This document shows, piece after piece, positions 30,401 through 43,607 of a stretch of 64,000 bases of DNA; position 1 is the stretch's first letter; every line of letters starts with the position of its first letter. The stretch is from the human T2T-CHM13v2.0 reference genome, Homo sapiens. Made by a program: the position numbers and the translations under genes. The notes beneath the pieces are model-generated. The model saw only the letters and a program-made list of their open reading frames with translations, ran no database searches and was not told where the DNA came from. The stretch lies in the NCBI RefSeq assembly GCF_009914755.1, contig NC_060925.1; one strand, written 5' to 3'.

Positions 30401-30920
30401 CAGATACCACTGAAGGGATATGCAAGAGACTGATAGCTTCATTCCTCACTGTGTGTTTATGTATACACAGATAACCACTGAAGGGATATGCAAGAGACTG
30501 ATAGCTTCATTCCTCACTGTGTGTTTATGTATACACAGATAACCACTGAAGGGATATGCAAGAGACTGATAGCTTCATTCCTCACTGTGTGTTTATGTAT
30601 ACACAGATAACCACTGAAGGGATATGCAAGAGACTGATAGCTTCATTCCTCACTGTGTGTTTATGTATACACAGATAACCACTGAAGGGATATGCAAGAG
30701 ACTGATAGCTTCATTCCTCACTGTGTGTTTATGTATACACAGATAACCACTGAAGGGATATGCAAGAGACTGATAGCTTCATTCCTCACTGTGTGTTTAT
30801 GTATACACAGATACCACTGAAGGGATATGCAAGAGACTGATAGCTTCATTCCTCACTGTGTGTTTATGTATACACAGATAGCACTGAAGGGATATGCAAG
30901 AGACTGATAGCTTCATTCCT
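18444..30920. repeat. 67-bp minisatellite/VNTR, 186 copies, unit CTGTGTGTTTAYGTATACACAGATACCACTGAAGGGATATGCAAGAGACTGATAGCTTCATTCCTCA
   Basis: unit starts at 18444, 18511, 18578...; the 12477-bp length equals 186x67 plus 17 counted 1-bp insertions minus 2 nt missing from the last unit. Confidence 0.98.
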
Positions 30921-31240
30921 TATGGGGTAGGGCATTGGGTAGCCAAGGAACAAAGGTGAGAGGATGGATTTTTTTTTGAACCCTTTCGTACCACTTGAAT
31001 TTCTTTTTCCTTTTTTTTTTTTTTATTCTACTTTAAGGTTTAGGGTACATGTGCACAACGTGTAGGTTTGTTACATATGTATACATGTGCCATGTTGGTG
31101 TGCTGCACCTATTAACTCGTCATTTAACATTAGGTATCTCTCCTAATCGTATCCCTCCCCCCTCCCCCCACCCTGTTACCACTTGAAGTTTTGAACCAAA
31201 GAAACCTATTACTCATTCAAAAAATAAATACATAAAATTA
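30921..31240 (+). mobile_element. continuation of the L1ME-like 3' end after the VNTR, interrupted by an L1PA fragment
   Basis: ggggtagggcattgggtagcc...ccctttcgtaccacttgaa...ttttgaacc...tattactcattcaaaaaataaa. Confidence 0.65.
31000..31176 (-). mobile_element. 5'-truncated L1PA 3' end (about 175 bp)
   Basis: polyT then tactttaag..tttagggtacatgtgcacaacgtg...ccctcccccctccccccaccc; target-site duplication TACCACTTGAA at 30989-30999 and 31177-31187. Confidence 0.92.
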
Positions 31241-31309
31241 ATATGTTAAAAAATAAGTAATGAATTCTTATCATAATCTTACCTTCAAAAAACAAAACTT
31301 AATTATCTA

Positions 31310-31500
31310 TAGTGTTGTCCAGTAGAATTTTCTGTGATGATAGGAATGTTGTATATTTGCACCATCCAATACTACTAGCCATATGTGGCTTTTGATCACT
31401 TAAAACATGACTTGTGCAACTGAGGAGCTAATTTTTAAATTTTATTTTAATTAGTCTAAGTTTAAGTGGCTACTTCTGGCTAGGAGCTACCACACTGATT
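31310..31500. mobile_element. MER3-like hAT-Charlie MITE
   Basis: tgtccagtagaattttctgtgatgataggaatgtt...ctagccatatgtggc...tggctaggagctacc. Confidence 0.8.
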
Positions 31501-31528
31501 GGGTATAGATCTAAAGTATATGGCTTAA

Positions 31529-31836
31529 GACCGAGTGTGGTGGCTCATGCCTGTAATCCCAGCACTTTGAGAGGCCGAGGCAGATGGATCACCTGAAGTC
31601 AGGAGTTTAAGACCAGTCTGGCCAACATGGCAAAACCCCGTCTCTACTAAAAATACAAAAATCAGCTAGGTGTGGTGGCAGGCACCTGTATTCCTAGCTA
31701 CTAGGGTGGTTGAGGCGGGAGAATCACTTGAACTCGGGAGGCGGAGATTGCGGTGAGCTGAGATCATGCCACTGCACTCCAGCCTGGAAGCAAGACTCCG
31801 TCTCAAAAAATAAAAATAAAAAATAAAAATAAATAA
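31529..31836 (+). mobile_element. AluS
   Basis: (TAAAAA)n tail; TSD aaagt..atggctta. Confidence 0.93.
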
Positions 31837-32688
31837 AGTGGATGGCTTAGAGTATCTTTTCTGTTTAGACCTGACTAAAGCTTAGAAATAATTGTTAGTT
31901 TAGGCTCTCAGGGTAAAATTTATTACTGTAAATCCAAAAAATCCCTTCTTCTTCTTTTTTTTTTTTTTTTGGTCCTTGAATTAAATGCTGTCACCTCCTT
32001 CTTGAAAGGAGAAACTATTAGTCAGATTTGAAAATCCTCTTTATTACCCAGGAAAATCATTTTTATGGACACTTTGTCTTTCTGTAGTCTGACTTAGAAG
32101 CAGCCTGTTTTTGATAGGTTGAAGTTTTCATCTTGAACACAAACCCTGTTTGTGTGTCCCCTACTCCCCAGTTTGATGTGCCAGGCACTTTGTTCTCAAG
32201 CCCAGCAGCTGTTGTGGGATGAGGGGACATTTTGCATGCTTAGCCAGCAGCTGCCAGAAACATTTCTAATCTGGTTTTGGCAGGAAATAGGGCACAAGTG
32301 GAAGCCAAGTTAAAAGAAGCTGGAAAAATAAACAGAATAACTTTAGATGTCACTTAATATATGGTCCATTTTCAGCCGAAGATTTGCCCTAGTAATTTGT
32401 TAATATGACTGGACTGTGATCCCTTCCAAAGGCAGGGTTGAATATAGTCACCTTTGAGATCCAGGATGTAGTCCAGTGCTTGGAATATGCTTGTAGGAGG
32501 TTATTGTTATTATTTTTTCAATGATAGACTATACTACAAATTTGTTTAATTGATTTAATTAGTAGCTTAAAACTGTTGTTCACCCGAGATAAACTAGTTC
32601 TAGGTTATCACTGGTTATGGGTCCCTTCTCTCTTCTTTCTGCTACACAATATCACCCACCCTCTCCTCTAAAGCAACACATTTTGAAC

Positions 32689-32992
32689 ATTTTTTTTTTT
32701 TTTTTTTTTTGAGACAGAGTCTCACTCTGTCACCCAGACTGGAGTGCAGTAGTATGATCTTGGCTTGCTGCAACCTCCGCCTCCTGGTTTCAAGCTACTT
32801 CCCTGCCTGAGCCTCTTGAGTAGCTGGGACTACAGGCACACGTTACCACACCCAGCTAATTTTTGTATTTTTAGTAGAGACGGGGTTTTACCATGTTGGT
32901 CAGGCTGGTCTCGAACTCCTGACCTCAAGTGATCTGCCTGCCTCAGCCTCCCAAAGTGCTGGGATTACAGGTGTGAGTCATCACACCTGGCC
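32689..32992 (-). mobile_element. AluS
   Basis: TSD tttgaacatt. Confidence 0.95.
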
Positions 32993-33018
32993 TTTGAACA
33001 TTCTTCAAACATTATTTA

Positions 33019-33312
33019 GACTGGGCATGGTGGCTCATGCCTGTAATCCCAGCACTTTGGGAGGCTGAGGCAAGAGGATTGCTTGAGTCTAGGAGTTTGA
33101 GACCAGCCTGGGCAACATAGCAAGACCCCATCTCTAAAAAAAAATTAGCTAGGTGTGGTCGTGCATGCCTATAGTCCCAGCTACTTAGGGGGCTGAGGCA
33201 GGAGGATCAGTTGAGCCTGGGAGGTTGAGGCTGCAGTGAGCCATGATCACACCACTGTTCTCCAGCCTGGGTGACAGAGCTGGATGACCCTGTCTCCAAA
33301 ACAAAACAAAAC
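33019..33312 (+). mobile_element. AluJ
   Basis: J-type diagnostic segments, (CAAAA)n tail. Confidence 0.92.
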
Positions 33313-33714
33313 ACTGTTATTTATTCATCTATTCTGCTGCAAGCAAGCATATTTTGCATATTTGTGAGCAAGAAATAAGCACATCTTAATTTAATCTATC
33401 TTTTCTACAAAGTAAAAGGGTTTCAAAAGGTGAAGATACAGGTATAAATGTGGTGTCTTTTTAAATGGAAGGCAAAAATTCTTCAGGTTGGAATATCCAA
33501 TAAGAGAGTCTTTATCTCTAAAGTGGAAAATTTACTAAAATCGTTCTTTTGGGTTTCCAGTTCTTCTTTCCATCAAATTCTGCATCCTCTAGAAGCCCAA
33601 GCAGCCCCAGCCTTGTAGATTCCCAAGAACGTGTAAGGTGTCAAGTGTCGTCTGTGAGGAAGGGATCTGAAATCCGATGGACCTGTGCTAAACCGTGTTT
33701 GGTTTTCTTTGCAG

Positions 33715-33829
33715 ACCTTCACTGCCTGGTGTAACTCCCACCTAAGGAAAGCCGGCACCCAGATTGAGAACATCGAGGAAGACTTCAGGAATGGCCTTAA
33801 GCTCATGCTGCTTTTGGAAGTCATCTCAG
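33715..33829 (+). CDS. ACTN2: alpha-actinin-2 exon 2 (CH1: [38 protein letters not shown])
   Basis: ttttctttgcag acceptor, G|gttggt donor, 115 nt; actinin CH1 signature. Confidence 0.97.
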
Positions 33830-34750
33830 GTTGGTGTTATATATCCCATCCTATGCTTTCATGTGTTATCAGTAGGTGAGCATCTATTTAAAGATGACTA
33901 CATCAGAAGTTCGCTTTGAACTTGGCTGGGCAAGAACATGGTATTATTGCCAAAGAAAATCTTTCCAAAGAACAATCTGCCTGGAGTTATTTTTCCGTTC
34001 TAAAAAAAGGAGTGAATTCTCTTTAAAAATCACTTATTAAAATAATGTTTATACCACCAAGCTTGAAACAAAATAAGAGAAGAAAAAATGACTTCACACG
34101 ACTCCCTCCATGCTGCCCTTTCTACTCTTCGTCCAGCTAGAGTGTATTCCAGAAATCATCTTGTATCCAAAAATCTACTGTACATGTTGGCAGAACTCTG
34201 AACATATAAGCTAAAATCCCAGTGGGGCTATGATTTGTCCTGAATTTCAGTTGGCTGATGTAGACTTTGGACTAGAGAATGGATCACCTTTGGAGAAGTG
34301 TGACTGGGAAGGATTATGGCAGATCTGCCCTGATCCATCTGTCTTCATAATCAGGTGTCGAACGAGCCCTGGCAGCCACCTCTGTGATTTTAACTGGCCA
34401 TCCTGACTTCCTCTAACCGTTAGCCAGCAACTCTGAATACTCCAGGGACTCTAACCAGCTTCTCTTTTTACTCATTTGTAAGTTGGATCATGGGCCAAAC
34501 CAGACTCTCCCTGCAGATCTGAAAAGCATGTGTCCTTCATAGTATGGCTCCCTGCTGGTCCATTTGATTCTGAAAGTTTCTGGGTTAGTGTTCCCTCATT
34601 GCTGTGATTTAGAGAGACCAGGCACACATCAGAAATAGTCATGTAACCTTCTCTTTTTAAGGAAAAAATGGATGCTTAGTTTTGGCATCTTGATTCCGCA
34701 TCAAGAGGTCACTGTCTCTATGTCTGCATGATTCTCTTTTCATCCAACAG

Positions 34751-34870
34751 GGGAAAGGCTGCCCAAACCTGACCGGGGAAAAATGCGGTTCCACAAAATT
34801 GCTAATGTCAACAAAGCTTTGGATTACATAGCCAGCAAAGGGGTGAAACTGGTGTCCATCGGCGCTGAAG
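34751..34870 (+). CDS. ACTN2: ACTN2 exon 3 ([40 protein letters not shown])
   Basis: ccaacag acceptor, G|gtgaga donor, 120 nt, in phase with exon 2. Confidence 0.97.
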
Positions 34871-35366
34871 GTGAGAGGTGTGGTGGGTGGTCCTGTCTGC
34901 CACACTGACCTAATAGCGTAGGTGTGGGCTGCGACTTGAATTCTCCCCTTCTTCCCTCCCTTTCATCATTTACTGTACCTGCCTTGTATCAGGCTCTCTC
35001 TTAGGGCGCTCGGTGCACAAAGATAAGAACAAATGGTACCATGAGTGGGAGACCAAGCTCTAGGTTCTTTGTAAAGCATAGAATTAAATATAATGCTGTC
35101 ATCTTCAGAAGACTTAAAGGACTGAGAAAGAACTTACACATCCCAATGACTCTTAATAAGAACTAACTAATAGGAAGGAAGTGGCCTCTTTGTTCTCTAT
35201 GGGAGACTGGGAATTTGGTGAGGTCAGCGGGAGCTGAGATTTCCACCCATATCTCTGTATGCACAACTGAGTCCTGCTACTTGTCAGCTGCGGAATGCCG
35301 TAAGAAGAGTCAGGGTAAAGATGAGACTGTGTTCTCTTTATTTGATTATTTAAAACTTTAGCTCAT

Positions 35367-35670
35367 GGCTGGGCACAGTGGCTCATGCTCATCCCAGCAC
35401 TTTGAGAGGCTGAGGCGGGTAGATCACCTGAGGTGAGGAGTTCAAGACCAGCCTGGCCAACGTGGTGAAACCCCATCTCTACTAAATTTACAAAAAATTA
35501 GCTGGGTGTGGTGGCGCATGCCTGTAGTCCTTGTAGTCCCAGCTACTCAGGAGGTTGAGGCAGGAGAATTGCTTGATCCCAGGAGGCGGAGGTTGCAGTG
35601 AGCCACGGTTGTGTCACTGCACTGCGGCCTGGGCGACAGAGTGAGACTCCATCTCAAAAAAAAAAAAAAA
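35367..35670 (+). mobile_element. AluS in intron 3
   Basis: Alu consensus; TSD-like ttagct. Confidence 0.93.
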
Positions 35671-35939
35671 CCTTAGCTATTACATCTTAAAACTTTGGAA
35701 ACTCCCGGGTGGTTTTCGCTGATAATACATATGCAAGATTTGTGCTTATTATTAACTTAGAATTTATTTAAACTAGAGACATTTGGTTATGAATACCGTA
35801 TTTATAACCAGACATACTGCGGTGCTTATAAAAACATAAACTGGTCTTTCCATCCATATGCACATTTTCCAATAGCTCTGAAGTCAACATTTATATATAG
35901 GAAAAAAGTTACGTACAGACTATGTTATCTTTACATTAA

Positions 35940-36062
<123 letters not shown>

Positions 36063-36796
36063 TAAAAGTCTAATTGTATAATCTGTAAATTGAGCTTGTG
36101 AATTAAAATTTGAGCAAGATATTTTAAAGTCCAACAGTCACTTACATGATTGAATGAGAGACATGTAAGTGGGTTCTTATAAATTTTGTATGTGTATAGG
36201 AAAAGACCTCGGCAGCACTGTTTCATTCATGGGGGTGGAATCTGTTTGCAAAAGATGAGCACATGTTCAGAACAGAAGTCGCTTTTTAAAATGAGCATTT
36301 ATTGAGCTTCTTGATTGCTTATTATACTAGTAAATTTACAGCTATGGCAGAGTTCTTTAGTCTTACAACTGAAACACTTTCCTTCCCCCTGGTATAAAAA
36401 AAGAATCTGTTGCAACCCATGTTTGTTATTTCCTTAACTTTCTTCCTCCCTATCTCTCTCCCTCTCTTTTTCTTTTTTCTTCTTTTTCTTTTTAAACAAG
36501 ACCTCTATTGTCACTGTATCTTTTGGCCTAACTACTGTTTCATCATTATCATAGAATCTTAATCCTTGACACTGCCACTGAAGATAAAAATCTTTAGTCT
36601 TTTACACCAACTACACTCCCAAATATTTTGATGAATTCAGCACTGTTGAAAAGTGTCAAATTGGCATTCTTAAAATTGGAACTTTGCCTGTTTGGCCCTC
36701 AAATCACAAAGTGTATAACTGCAGAATGTGTTTCAGGGCTGCTGCATTGTCCAACTATTTGGCCCCTTCTGACTCTGTAGGTAACCAGGTACCTGA

Positions 36797-37160
<364 letters not shown>

Positions 37161-38204
37161 ACTCTGGTCTTTTTAAGTGATTTTAGGTACTCATCAACCA
37201 ACAAACATTAAGAAACAACACTTTGCCTACTTGTACCAGCTGACATGAAGCCTGCAGTACTTGCCCTTACGGACCTTCAAACTCACTTCAATTATTCCCT
37301 TCTGGCACCGGAGACCGACTTATGTCATCTAAAAGTCAAATTAAAATCTAATGGCATTAAAACAATTCAAGCTCAGGAATGACAGCCAGCTTGAATTAAT
37401 ACATAGTCTGACTTTGAAAACTTTTGTACAATATAGTTCTATTACAGTACCTTCCTTTATGCTAATGAAAGAAACAAGAGGCTTCCTAAAATTCTTGCTT
37501 TATTTAAAAATTGTAAGTTGTAATAATTTTATCAGTTTTTATATACTTCTAAATTTAAATATTTAAACTGTTGAACCCACTTTAAATAAATACTACTTTT
37601 AGAAATCTTGGTCACACTGTTGCTGGTCTAGCAAATCCTTTTTCCACAAATATTACAGAGGTGAAGTTGACCTCAAGTTGTTTCTGATTGGTTACAAATT
37701 TTAAATTAGTGATAATATGAATTCAAACTTAATTATATTTCAAGTGTAGGTATGAATGGTATTATCCATTAGAGTTTTCCCCAAAATTGTTATTAACATG
37801 CCCAAAGCAAGATAGCTAAATCACAATATTTTGTAAAATTTTGCGATAAAAGGCTATATTAATCTGCTCTTCACAAGACTAAGAAATTAAACATTAAAAA
37901 ATTATAATTTTATTAGGAAAGTACCTACTAGATCTCTTCAAGCAGATGGTTCTGCAGTGTCCAACACAGTAGATACTGTCAGTTTGCTAATTTATATTTT
38001 TATTTGTTTTAGTTTCATGGAGTAATTGTTTAACAACCTCATTTAACTTCTGTAAGTCTACAGAAAAATCATCTTTATTTGTTTTAATGATGTGTGGTAT
38101 GTTGAAAAATTCATTGTTATTAGAATCAAAGAAACAATTCTTTGAGGAGTGAGTTTCCTTCAGCAAAATGATGGGCCTCTTCCAAGAAAGAAAATGAGAG
38201 ATTA

Positions 38205-38586
<382 letters not shown>

Positions 38587-39299
38587 TCAGTGCTTCGTGA
38601 TGCAATGAGAAATGTTACTGCCAATCTGTAACATGCTTTTTATACCATGATCAGGGTTTTGTGTGTGGACCTGTTTGTGCCAAATGGCCGCATTTCCACT
38701 TTCCCATACACCTTTCGGGAGTAGGTTTTCCAGTAATGTACGTAATTCACACAAGGTTGTTAACCTTTTGCTGAAAGCCTAAAACTGGATTTGGGGTTGG
38801 AGGAGGGTCAGCTTTGATTGTAGTAACCAATTGAAGAAGGAAAAAGCCTTGTTCGGCATTCATGGCCCAAGAGTGTTCACACATATTCAGGCAGAAATTA
38901 AGTGAAACTCTGTGACTTGTAAATCTAAACTTCAGTAGCAATTTTAAGGTGTTGTAGATATACTGTACCTTTGTTTGCTTTTCTAACCTGGTAAGTTTTA
39001 TTTAAACTCTATTACATACATCCCATTATTTCTTCCTGATGTACTTTTTCTTATTAATTTCATTGGTCAGGACTGCAAAGACGGGCAGAACAACTGGCTG
39101 TGGAGTTCCAGATTTCAATGTCCATATCAATTCACATTTTAATTAAGTCTTAACAGTTTCACTTTATTTTCCCTTAACTAGCACTTGCTAGTTAAAAGAC
39201 ATGCACAGGAGTTGTTCAAGTTATAGCACATGGAACTTTAGGGGTGTGTGTATTTTATCTGGGTTATGGGTCCAAGAAAGTATGAACTAAAATGGACAG

Positions 39300-39627
<328 letters not shown>

Positions 39628-39801
39628 TAAATAATTACAAAATTATTTTCATTTGAAAAAATCAACTTCAACCCCTTCCTAAGATGGAAGGCCCCATGTT
39701 AGTTAGGAATCGACATGCTTTAGGGAATTTCTAAATTGTTAACATTTAAATATAGGCGGAATCCTAAGTTATATAAGTGGCTTTGAGGAGCTCTTTAGAT
39801 G

Positions 39802-40671
39802 TGTGTCGGTTTGGGTCCTCCAGGAAGCAAGTGCCAAGACTTACTAGAAATTGTTGTAGTCTTTCCAGGCCTTTATAAAAACATGCCATAGCATGGATGG
39901 CTTAAACAGCAGACCTTTATTTTCTCACAGTTCTTGAGGCTGGAAGTCCAAAATCAGAGTGCCAGCATGGTCTGGTTCTGTGAGGATCCTCTTCCTGGCT
40001 TGCAGATGGCTGCTGCCTTGATGTGCCGCACGTGGTGGGTGGGGGTGGGGGAGAACCTACCAATGAGCAGGCTCCCTGGTGTCTCTCTCATGAGGACACT
40101 AATCCGATCATGAGGGCCCCACCCTCGTGACCTCATCTCACCCTAAGCACCTCCTAAAGGCCCCATCTCCAAATACAGGCACATTAGGGTCTAGGGCTTC
40201 AACATATGAATTTGGTGATGGGCGGGAAGACACCAACATTGAGGCCATACCAGAAGTGCAGGAGATTTTTTGGGGAAAATGCCTATGCAGGATGAAGGGG
40301 AGGGAGCAGGAGATGCCTGAGGAGCCTTCAGACCAGAGCTCCTGGCTGACACCTGGGCCGAGAAGAGGAAGGGAGGAGGCTTGGGGAAGAAGGTCTCCGA
40401 CTGCAGTGCAGTTCTGAGGTTAATTTCGCCAGGCTGATGGAGTCTTTAATCCTAGGCTGCCCTGAGAGGAGTCTCACGTCGCATAGGGGTGTCTCAGCTC
40501 TGCTGCTCACCCCCCAGTCTTTGGCTGGAGCAGCTCTGGGGAATGTGGCCTCAGTGGGAATGCAGGGGTGTGGTGCATTCAGGGGGCTGCAGCTGGCACG
40601 TCAGTTGCCTGCCCTGTGCTCGCAGCTGAAGCCGTGGGATGTCTGAGCGGCACATTTTTATGGTCATCACA
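39802..40671 (-). mobile_element. ERVL LTR (LTR16-family-like) split by an MLT1 insertion
   Basis: tgtgtcggtttgggtcctccaggaagca... resumes at 40253 and ends ...ctgagcggcacatttttatggtcatcaca. Confidence 0.6.
39852..40252 (-). mobile_element. MLT1A-like MaLR solo LTR
   Basis: ggcttaaaca...tttattttctcacagttct..gaggctggaagtccaa...; 5-bp TSD gaaat / gaagt. Confidence 0.85.
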
Positions 40672-41183
40672 GATGGTGCTGGGTTTTTCCTTTTTTTTTT
40701 TTTTTTTTTTTGGTGAGAAGTCAATTGGCCAAACTTGAAATTTACCAATAAAACCCTTTAAGTGTTACAAAATCACTGGGCAAAGGAATACATTTGAGAT
40801 GTGGTAGCATCTGTGAATTCCATTTACCTAAGAGTATGAATTACAAACCAGATGAATGACAGATTAGTTGTCATCAACTACACACAGTTTATTTTTTCAT
40901 GTGAGTTGCACTGTAGACTATTTATGTTTGCATATTTTTCAGGATTGTGTACAGTAAACCTTAAGTGAATACAAAGGATCCAATTGTCCTGTAAGACTCA
41001 CTTCAATTACAGATTGTGCTCAGTATTAAACTTTGCTAGTACTTTCAGGATGCAGTCAATCAAGAGGCAGGGAAAGGTCTGTCAGCATCCACAGCCTCCT
41101 TTTCAAATTGGACACTTAGTCTCTGGTCCGAATAATAGGTGCCCCCAGTGTCACCTCACACAATGGGGTATACACAGTTTTTA

Positions 41184-41501
<318 letters not shown>

Positions 41502-41741
41502 TCATTTAAAAAGGGGCGAGTCACCAACCACCCTGAAGTCTAGTTTTAGTGTCTTTTTATGTTGGAGCTTGTGGCTGCTCCTGCATTGTCCTTTTGAAGT
41601 CCCTAAGTGTCATCAGAATTTACTCACCAAGATCAGGGTTCTGGCTCCTATGCACTTGCCGAGGCTGTAGGAAGAGACCCCCTGGGTGATCGACCCCCTG
41701 GGAGGTCTGTTTCAAAAGTGACTAGGAGCTAAGTGAACTAA

Positions 41742-41873
<132 letters not shown>

Positions 41874-43528
41874 TGAGCACCCAGGGCCCCTGGTCCTTGT
41901 ATTCTCAGTGGAATCTGTGGGTAGCATGGGGAACAGTGTTTGTGTGCACCCGTGTTTTCCTCCTGTCTGAGAAGCCTTTTATGTATCGAGGAGAACTCAG
42001 GCTGTAGAATTCTTGATGCTTAAAGTCTCCCAGAGGAAAACATTGGATTAAGCCTTAGCATGCTGGTAAACAGCACTGTATTTGTAAGTGAATGGTATTG
42101 CAGTACCAGAAGGATGCTACTGAGTTTGGGGGTGTAAGCATGCATCTTACTCTAGCCTTCACCCTGGTATTGGGAAAAGGCAGCAGGAATGGCTGTTGTT
42201 TCTCAGGGATGAGGGAGACCCTGGCAGAGTCTGCGTACCCCCCACTAGCGACTCTTCAGCCCTCAGCCCTGTAGGAAATAGATCCTTCATCCATCAGCTT
42301 TGCTCTGCTGAAATTCAAAAGATGGAGAAAAATTATGTCTGAAAAATGGTAGGAAATGAGATGAATGAAATCTCGACATCAGGGGAGAGCATGATTCTGT
42401 CACTTGCTTCAGTCTTTCTCATGTAGAGTGGTCATTATGATGTTGAAGTAAAAGAGTTGGTTATATTTTCACCTTTGGATGCTAGGTTACCCATGAATGC
42501 AAAAAGGCCACTGAGATAATCAGAAAAAGGAAAGATAAGGATGAACCACGGTGAAAAATTGGGGAGGTTCTTCTAGTTGAACAAATATTTTCAGAATGTC
42601 TACCAAGTGTCAGGCACTGAGCCAGGCCTTGGGAAGACAAAGGGGAAGAGAATCCTTCTTTGTCCCTACACCATGCTGTTTGGCAGATGAGAGGAGCTAC
42701 CAAGGGCTGGGACTTTCTGCAGGTGTCAAAGTCAGAGTGCCCAGATCTGCATCCACTCATCTTGCTTTTCTTTTTCTGGCTCCTAGTTGGCCCAAGTACT
42801 TCAGCATTGTAGCACTGATAACTCTCACGGAGGTCTCCTTCCCCAGACCCTTTGAGGAACAGAACTCCCACACTCTGCTGTCACTGAACCCGCTGTCGCC
42901 AGCAAGCTCTGGCCTGCCCTTGTCTATGGGGCATTTAGAGCTGGTGTCTACGGCGGAACAGACCAGAAATAAACATCTGCCCTGCTAATTGCATGTCCTC
43001 CTTCACCTACATGCCTTTGCCTTAAAAAAAGAAAAAGAAAAAAAAAGAACTTAAAGACAGAGGAGTATCTGGGACCTAATGGAGGTTTTTGAAGCGTCCT
43101 AAAAACTTTTAGAGGAAGTGTGTTCTGGACATTTGCAGGGTAGACGTCCTTGTGTATATTTATTGGGCAGACTCAGGGGTAAGGGCCAGAATGGAGAGTT
43201 GGAGAAGAGAGAGGAACCCTGGGACTGGCCGAGCAGGGACAGCAGTAGAGACATCTCCCTTCCTGTCACTGCCTGTGCCAGCACGGACCAGATCAGGGCA
43301 GGAGACAGGGCAAGTCTCAGGCAAGGAAGTCGAAAGGAGAGGAGTACCGTGGACCCTGGGAAGAAGATGAGTGTTCAAGCTCACCGGGCGGGGTAAAGAG
43401 GAAGCTACATGGGGCCCTCCGTGCATGAAGTCAGACAGAAGGAAGGCCAACATCTGACTGAGTGCAGATGCTGGCTGCTTCTTTCTCTCCACTAACACGT
43501 GTTCCTGTTCTTCTCGACGGCTGTGAAG

Positions 43529-43607
43529 CTGGAAAGATGGCCTTGGACTCTGTGCCCTCATCCACCGACACCGGCCTGACCTCATTGACTACTCAAAGCT
43601 TAACAAG
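43529..43607 (+). CDS. ACTN2: ACTN2 exon 6 ([26 protein letters not shown])
   Basis: 79 nt, weak ctgtgaag acceptor with an upstream ACTAAC branch-point match, AAG|gttatt donor; in phase with exons 5 and 7. Confidence 0.96.

Noticed and set aside
18444-30920. CRISPR-like array or coding repeat
   Set aside because: Units are contiguous with no unique spacers, the context is a primate intron, and the 67-bp period carries stop codons on both strands, so no long ORF exists.
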